Positions 56,931 through 64,000 of a DNA stretch of 64,000 bases are shown here, one piece after another (within the stretch, counting starts at the first letter, position 1; every line of letters begins with the position of its first letter). The translations under genes were made by a program, and so were the position numbers. The notes beneath the pieces are model-generated. The model had not been told where the DNA came from and made no database searches. It was given only the letters and a program-made list of their open reading frames with translations. Origin of the DNA: Octopus bimaculoides (taxonomy: Eukaryota); the NCBI RefSeq assembly GCF_001194135.2, contig NC_068990.1, positions 30,560,835-30,624,834 of the forward strand, in the 5' to 3' direction.

Positions 56931-57688
56931 ATAATAATAATAATAATAATAACAATAATAATAATAATAATAATAAAAATAATAATAACAATAATAGGTC
57001 ATGCTTATCCACCCTTTCGCATGTACCATAATTGGTGTTGAAGAAAAGACATCAAGTCGTTAAAAAAAAAAAAAGATTGTTACTTTGGTACATGATATCT
57101 CTGGAAAGTTGCTATGGTGACAGTCATTGGAAAAAAAGAAACATGTTCAGTAAAATGGTAATGATGTTAATGATAATTGATAATGACTGATGGTGATGAT
57201 GATGACAATGCTGATGAAAATGATAACAATGATGATGTGTTGTGTGGTGTGAGGGACAATTCCAAATGATTCATTGTTCAGCTGTAAAATTTGTACAAAC
57301 TAAGGCAAGGGAAAAAATATGTCGTGGTTTATATTTGAAAATTATCTACGATAGATTATTGGTTGTTGAGATTGTTCTTGTTGTAACCTTGCAGCCAAAT
57401 CTTGTAAGAAAATGGTGAGGGCGGATTTCTGAGTGTGATTTGACAGAAAGGTTAGAATTTCTTTGTTTTTTTTTTTTCTTTTGAAATGTTGTAAAGACTA
57501 AAAACATCCACAATGGGTCAATCTGTGGCAAGGAGTTTATCAACCCAAAATGGTACAAAGACCCATTTAAATGGTTTAATCAATTTTTTTTTCTTTTTCT
57601 TTTTCTTCAATACAACCATCTGGCTTTAACTTGGTTTAAAATTCTTTGGTTTGTTTGGGCAAGACAGTTTTCCACCCCTTGCTGCTTG

Positions 57689-57719
<31 letters not shown>

Positions 57720-58299
57720 CACATTGTTGCTCTTTCTGCTGATAAAATTGTTGCTGCTGTTCCTGTTTTTGTTGTTACATATTGTTGAAGAAGTAGATGT
57801 TGAAGATGGCTTTCGTTCGCTACTTGGTTGCTGTTTGCTATTATGGTGAGCAACTCTGAAAAATTGAGCTGGTTAAAAAAAAGAGTTTGTTAGCCTCACA
57901 TCGGGCCTGATCAGCAGACCTATTAATTATGTTAAAGCCAAAGGCATTCCAGCCATGACCATCTCACAGTTTTTGCTTCAGACACAGAATATCTAGGAGT
58001 GGGTAGAATAGGAGTTTACATATTTCTTCCAACCATTTTTTGGCAAATGCCATTATTGTTTTTTTCCATTTCCTTCTTGTTTGTAGTTGTCTTTTTTGTT
58101 GTTGTTGTTGTTGTAGAGCCAGCAAGCATCCAGCAGAGCAGGAACCAACTGCACACCAATTCGGTGAGGAAGGGGGAGCAGCAAATCGGTGTATGATGTG
58201 ATGCTAGCTTTATAGAGACAAAGCTGCTTACTCTCCATTGATGATACATGGTAAAAGAAAAACAGAAATATTACCCCTAAAAAAACATCCAAATAGCCC

Positions 58300-58425
58300 T
58301 TAAATCTTGAAGTCCTCCCTTAGAGCCATATTTGTCAATGTCTTCTTGATGCGTAGAGCTGTAAGGCGAGCAGCAGCACTGTGGTACCAGCATTCTTTCA
58401 TCAGTCGAGCCATGTGACTGGCAGT
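58300..58425 (-). CDS. TGFBR1: Type I receptor terminal coding exon ([41 protein letters not shown])
   Basis: ttcacag acceptor, phase 0, stop TAA. Confidence 0.95.
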   Translation of the reverse strand, partial: TASHMARLMKECWYHSAAARLTALRIKKTLTNMALREDFKI

Positions 58426-61400
58426 CTGTGAATAAAAATAGAGGAAAATAGAATTAAAATAACAAAGAAAGACTTAGTTAATTGACCATTTGGCATTCAG
58501 ATTGTTCCGTTAAATGTAATGCTTATTTATTCAGATTGCTTCAAATTAATCATGCATTACCTCATAGCTTTAAGATTTCAGTATGATTATTCATATTTAG
58601 AATGAAATTATAGGGTGGGTGTGAAAGTCCAGATCTGGCTTGTTTGAACATAAAACAAGTAGGATATTCAAGCCAGATATGACTAGTTTAAATCCTAAAG
58701 GGTTAAATAGTAACTAATTTAGCATAAAGATATGCTGGTGGTACTAATTATCTCTGAGGAACAGCCAATATATAGCAAAAAGTTTCTTCTGAGAGATTAA
58801 TGATGAATATTAGTTTTCTTTCTATAAAGTCTCTTGGTTCACAGAGAAATCACTGAAGTCGTTCTGTCGGTTATTGCATCTAAGTCCACCTGGCAGATCC
58901 CATGCTTCTCCAGACTATAACCTTCTAAACATAGTTACAACATTACTTATTATGGTAATTTGTTAATATGGCCAGTTCTACTGAAGAAGATTCAGTATGG
59001 ACATACAATCATCAAGTGGTAACATAAACAGTCCTCACCTCGTTTGTGTGCCATCTATTAGGTATGGTTGGGCGGAGTCGTTCAACACAAACCACTTTCC
59101 TCATGTCCTCAAGGGTTGGGTCCGATGGCACCATGTCATAGAATGGCAGCTCATATTCTTCATATGATGAATAATAATCTGAAAAACACAAATTTAAACA
59201 ACAGTTTATCTTTTCTTTTTATCCATTCCTTGTTTCAATCATTAGACTGCAGCCATGCTAGCGTACCACCTTGAAGAATTTTAATCAAATAAATTGACCC
59301 CCGGTATTTATTTTTATGCCTGGTATTTATTTTATCACACTCTATTGCCAAACAGCTAAGTTATGTGGACGTAAACACATCAACATCAGTTGTCAAGCAG
59401 TGGTGGGGGACAAACTCAGACACACACAAACACATATACAACAGGCTTCTTTCAGTTTCCATCTACCAAATCCACTGACAGAGCTTTAGTCAGACCGAGG
59501 CTACAGCAGAAGACACATGTCCAAGGTTCTACACAGTGGGACTGAACCTAGAACCATGTGTTTGAGAAACAAGCTTCTTGCCACACAGCCACACCTGCAC
59601 TTGTTCTCCATAAAATCAAATAAGAAGAACAAAATGGCTTTTGGGGAGAGGGGGAGAGTTTTGTATGGAAAAAGTAGTGATGGTGGTTGGATTTTCAATG
59701 TGAAAGTCAGTGTTGTTGTTGTTGTTGATTAGGCTTGGATCAGTCCTGATTGGACAGATCTATGATCAAAAATGTTTTACCTTGTGACCAACATGTCATT
59801 TTGTGTATGTTCACAACTGTAATGACCAATATGTCTTGAATGGTTTAAACTTTAGAAACTGAAGGGCAGCAAACATGAGCTTTCTCAGGGCCTTCAGGGT
59901 TGGAGAGAAAAAAAAGTAAGTGGGAGCATATCCTCAGGGCAGAGAACAGCTTCCAATGCTTGCAACAGGGTGACCTCTGCAAAGAGTATCCATGGGTCAG
60001 GTTAATAACATGAGTAGGCCTTGGATTAAGGGCAGGGGAGGGTGAATGTGTATGGCATTAAGTTTTGTAAACAACGACTTGTTCTAAACACTCTCATGAT
60101 TTGACAAAGATTTAGCTATTATTTCTAGCAAGCTGAGTGGCTACATAGAGGACCGTTTGTGCTTTGTAGCTTTGGTTGAAATATCAATGGTGGTGGTGGT
60201 GGTGGTGGTGGAGGAGAATGTTGTATTCTGCAACACAGAGAAGGTTTGTATGAAGTTGTAGGTGAGAGTGTGTAGAGAGATTTATGATAATGCATCTAAT
60301 AATGTGAGAGAAAGAGGAGGAGTGAAAGTGAATAGGGGGGGGAAAAGAGAGTGAGAGAGAGGGTGTTGCATTAATGGACAAACAGAAAAAGAGGGGAACT
60401 GAGAAGAAAGAGAAGAGGAGGTAAAGAAAGAAACAGAGAGTGGTGCAGAGAAAAAGAGAGAATGAGTAGGGGTGAGAGTGAGAGAAAGATAGAGAAAAGT
60501 TGAGAGAAGTGGAAAAAGATAAAGCAAGACTTGGTAGAGAGAGAGAGTGAGAAGGTGGGGGGGGTAAAAAAGAAGAGGTGGTCAGGAAGAGATTAATGTG
60601 AAGAATTTTCACAATACTTACTAAACCCATTGCACCGTCTTGCAGTTTCCCACAAAACCAAACCATAGGAATAAACATCAGCTCGTTTAAATGAATCAAA
60701 TTGATTAACATTTATCGTTTCATCCAGCGCTTCTGGTGCCATATAACGCTTAGTTCCAACCCGTGTGTTGTGGGGTATATCAATCTTGTCGGTCTCTGAA
60801 TCATGTCGCACAGCCAAACCTATCAGCAAGAAAGAAAATTTAAGGTACTTGTCATTGTGCATATGTGTGGTGGTGGTGGTGGTGGTGGTGGGCTCTTTAC
60901 TGGAGTTGGCACCTCAAATCCAGTTACTTAAATTTCATAATCTCAATCGTGAGACTGGAAATGAAATGAAAGAAAATTCTACCTTAGTGGCACACTACCT
61001 TCATTTCTCCCTTAACTATTTCCCCCTCCTTCCTTCCTGTCTTATGACTTGATCTCACAATCCCACACACATCTTCCACTCACTTCGGGCTGTCTTTTAA
61101 GTAAACAATGCACAAAGTAAAATGGATGTAAAATGATGTATATCTACCAATATAACTATAATTATCACTGGAAAATACCCAAACGGATTCTATACATGGA
61201 TATTTACTTTTGGAATGGAACTATACTCCAAGTACTTTTTCTTCTTTGTTTTTTCTTCTCCGCATCGCTCTCATTTCTTACTGCAAAATCTCCTCATACA
61301 GATTTAATAATCCTTAACTTCTACTATCACCGTCTCCGATGAAGGGATACATTGAATTTTCCCTGAAACAGTTGTAAGACATTCTACATAAAATATAAAT

Positions 61401-61431
61401 TTATTTATGCCACTGGTCTCTTTATCTTATT

Positions 61432-61476
<45 letters not shown>

Positions 61477-62524
61477 TTTATTTTACAATTGTTTTTTTTG
61501 TTTCATGCCAGCATGGGTTGGATGAATACAAATCATTAAGGCATTTATTTTACAGCCAGGTGCTCTTCCAATCATTAACCCCTCCCAGTTTTCCAAGGCA
61601 GTATCCTTTGTAGTGGTGATTCAAAAACCAAACTGCTCAGTAATTGCTCAGATGCCACAACCAAACCACAATAGTTTCACATGATTGGTTTATTAAGCAG
61701 CCAATCAGCATGAAGCTATTGTATGATTCAATCTAATTGAATCTCCTTCTTGTACTCTATAAAAGCTACTTTTGGCAATAATTAATCAAAGAGTGTTGAA
61801 AGGTGACTAAGCAATATGCATCTCCTCTCTTGCCAACAGATGCATTATTTTACAGCGAGATGCTCTTCCTATCACTAACCCCTCCCTGTTTTCCAAGGCA
61901 AGCAACCAAGAAGATGGGCTAAGACAACCCAAGAAGATGGCTAAGCCAGGTGGTGCAGACAAATGACCAGAAACCTCCATCACCATGAATATAGCACAAT
62001 TGTTTCCAGTTATGTTGAACAAGCTGCATGTTGCCACACCAATAGCATGTTGTAAGCTCGGATAAATATCTCTCTCCCAGTCTGTAATTATTGTTGTTAA
62101 CTGTAAAAGACCAATGCAATTTGTCTTATGTACAGCAATAAATTCTTCTGTTAAATGTCTGCAGATGTGGTTCAGTTACTTTTCATGCAGCCAAGAAGTA
62201 TGCTTTCATTCATTAACTTAACCAGCTATTATAGCAGCATTGACGAAACATCAGATGACGTCTGATGACACAGGCTCCCAACAACCCCCAACAGGAATGA
62301 GGTGATGAAAGGGTTTATAATGACAAAGTTAATTTACTAAATTTTACATTATTTTCAAAACTGAGACAAAGGTAGTTTATGTCAACAGAAACATGGTAAC
62401 AGAATGGTTAAAATTAATTTGTCAAGATAGCAATACTTACCTAAATCAGCAATACAACAGGTTATATTTCTTTTTACTAAAATATTCTTACTTTTTAAAT
62501 CTCGATGGGCAATGGCAGGTTTAC
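58300..62524 (-). CDS. TGFBR1: TGF-beta/activin type I receptor Ser/Thr kinase (ALK4/5/7, Baboon group), 3' part; upstream exons lie beyond the window
   Basis: Four exons splice in frame to [18 protein letters not shown]...[37 protein letters not shown]...ECWY...[11 protein letters not shown]; GLAVRHDS and [11 protein letters not shown] are diagnostic of the ALK4/5/7 group. Exact paralog is uncertain. Confidence 0.9.
59039..59178 (-). CDS. TGFBR1: Type I receptor exon ([47 protein letters not shown])
   Basis: tttttcag acceptor, GAG|gtgagg donor, phase 1 to 0. Confidence 0.95.
60622..60819 (-). CDS. TGFBR1: Type I receptor exon, activation segment ([14 protein letters not shown]...[12 protein letters not shown]...[10 protein letters not shown])
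   Basis: atag acceptor, |gtaagt donor, 198 nt; inside ORF 60593-60862. Confidence 0.95.
62441..62524 (-). CDS. TGFBR1: Type I receptor exon, catalytic loop ([28 protein letters not shown])
   Basis: ttccag acceptor and G|gtaagt donor on the - strand, 84 nt, phase 1 to 1. Confidence 0.95.
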
Positions 62525-62699
62525 CTGGAAAATAAAACAATCCTTAATGATATCAAATGATTCAGGGAAACAATGTGCAATATAGATGAAAAAAAAAGCA
62601 TCGGAGGGGCAATGCATACCCTGCGAGCAGATAAATTTTTTCACAAGTTATAGTATGGCTTACAATCTGTTGCTTACCCATGCTTTTTAAGTGAACTGA

Positions 62700-63068
62700 A
62701 TTTCTTTTTTCCTTTAAGCATCACCATTTTAGGTATTTATACTCCGGTGAAATTAAGAAATTAACTTATAAATAAACAAAACCCTTGAATCCATCACTGT
62801 ACACACACAGACACAAACAGTTGCATATCTACGTATGTACGCACACATGTATATACACATAGGTACACCATGATTTATACACACGCAGATGAGGGTCGAT
62901 TCATATGAAAAAGACAGCGAACAAAATATGACCACTTGCTTATTGGGAAATTTGTAAGATTGATTTTAAAATTTTTTTTTTTTTTAAGTATCACCATTAT
63001 AGGTATTTATACTCTGGTGAAATTAAGAAATCAAGTCATAAATAAATGAAACCCTCGAATCCATCACT

Positions 63069-63110
<42 letters not shown>

Positions 63111-63135
63111 GCATATCTATGTATGTATTTATGTA
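62700..63135. repeat. Local direct duplication of a ~150-bp unit inside a receptor intron
   Basis: aagcatcaccattttaggtatttatactccggtgaaattaagaaa... recurs about 270 bp downstream. Confidence 0.85.
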
Positions 63136-63947
63136 TATATATATACGCACACGTATAAGGGAAGAATGCATTGGCTAATTTAGTGTTAGGTAGACTGTGG
63201 CTAAAACAAAAATGGAAGGGTCATGGTTGGAATGCCTCTGATTATAGGTCTGTTCAATCAGGGCTGACTTGGAGATCGACAATAATACTTCTAATATGTA
63301 AATGTCTAAATTTAGAAAAAAAATGTTTTTTAATTTCATTTAGAATATCCTATGACTGGTGGATAGCAGAATCAGAAGAGTGTATCCAAACACCTTGTGG
63401 TATTTGCTTAGGTCCCGTTAATACATTCTGGCCCACTTTGCCTTTTGTCTTTCCAATAAAATATGTTTCTGACTAAAATAAATACCAGCAGTACTCCAGC
63501 ATGGTCACAGTCCAATGATTGCTTCCAGTAAAAACAAAATAAAATAATATATATGCTGGAATGGAAAAAATATCTCTATTTCAGAGTTAAAGTTTTCAAA
63601 TAGGACGGTTGTTGTTTAGCTCTGGTAAAAAAACAAAAACGGGCTAATGGCTGGATGAGTTGCTCAAAGAATTGACGGATCTTTTTTAAAACGAGGGCCA
63701 CATTTTTCATTAATGTTTTACGTAGTGTTTTTGGTACCAAAAGACTTTCAAACTTCGTATACTTATCTATTTTGTGTTATAGAACAGAAAAATATTTTTG
63801 TATTCGAATTTATTTCATGTAAAAAATTGTCTTATTTCGATAATTTCAACCAATCACTGACGTCCATTCAGCCGATATACATTAAGTGCCGACTACATAA
63901 ACAAACGATTCTTTGTTTTATTTGCTTTTTTCATTTTAAATTTGCTT

Positions 63948-64000
63948 TAACCCTAACCCTAACCCTAGGGTTAGGGTTAGGGTTAGAGTTAGGGTTAGGG
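63948..64000. repeat. Interstitial telomere-type repeats arranged as a palindrome (TAACCC)3TA(GGGTTA)n
   Basis: Perfect 38-nt palindrome at 63948-63985, continuing to the window end. Confidence 0.95.

Overview
AT-rich eukaryotic genomic DNA full of microsatellites and SINEs, with five N-gaps. The repeat landscape and genes point to a cephalopod, probably Octopus (inference). Two spliced genes can be rebuilt by hand from splice signals and reading-frame phase; the ORF track mostly shows microsatellite artefacts. (1) On the + strand, an M12B/reprolysin (ADAMTS-like) metalloprotease with 17 well-supported exons (2683-32215) and a tentative last exon (34417-34471), about 670 codons. The signal-peptide exon was not found. 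It has a propeptide, a catalytic domain with an atypical zinc motif (HELAHNLGVVDHD), a disintegrin-like Cys-rich domain and three PLAC-like CCxSC modules, but no thrombospondin repeat. (2) On the - strand, the last four exons of a TGF-beta/activin type I receptor kinase of the ALK4/5/7 group (58300-62524). The region between them (35-57 kb) has no gene I could rebuild with confidence. It does hold a CpG/CCAAT-rich segment with a ~41-bp degenerate array, a possible decayed secreted-peptide precursor (46730-47503) and a dense same-orientation SINE array. Other notable items are three distinct R4/Dong-like retrotransposon 3' fragments inside (TAA)n tracts, long intronic inverted repeats, MITEs and an interstitial telomere-repeat palindrome at the window end.
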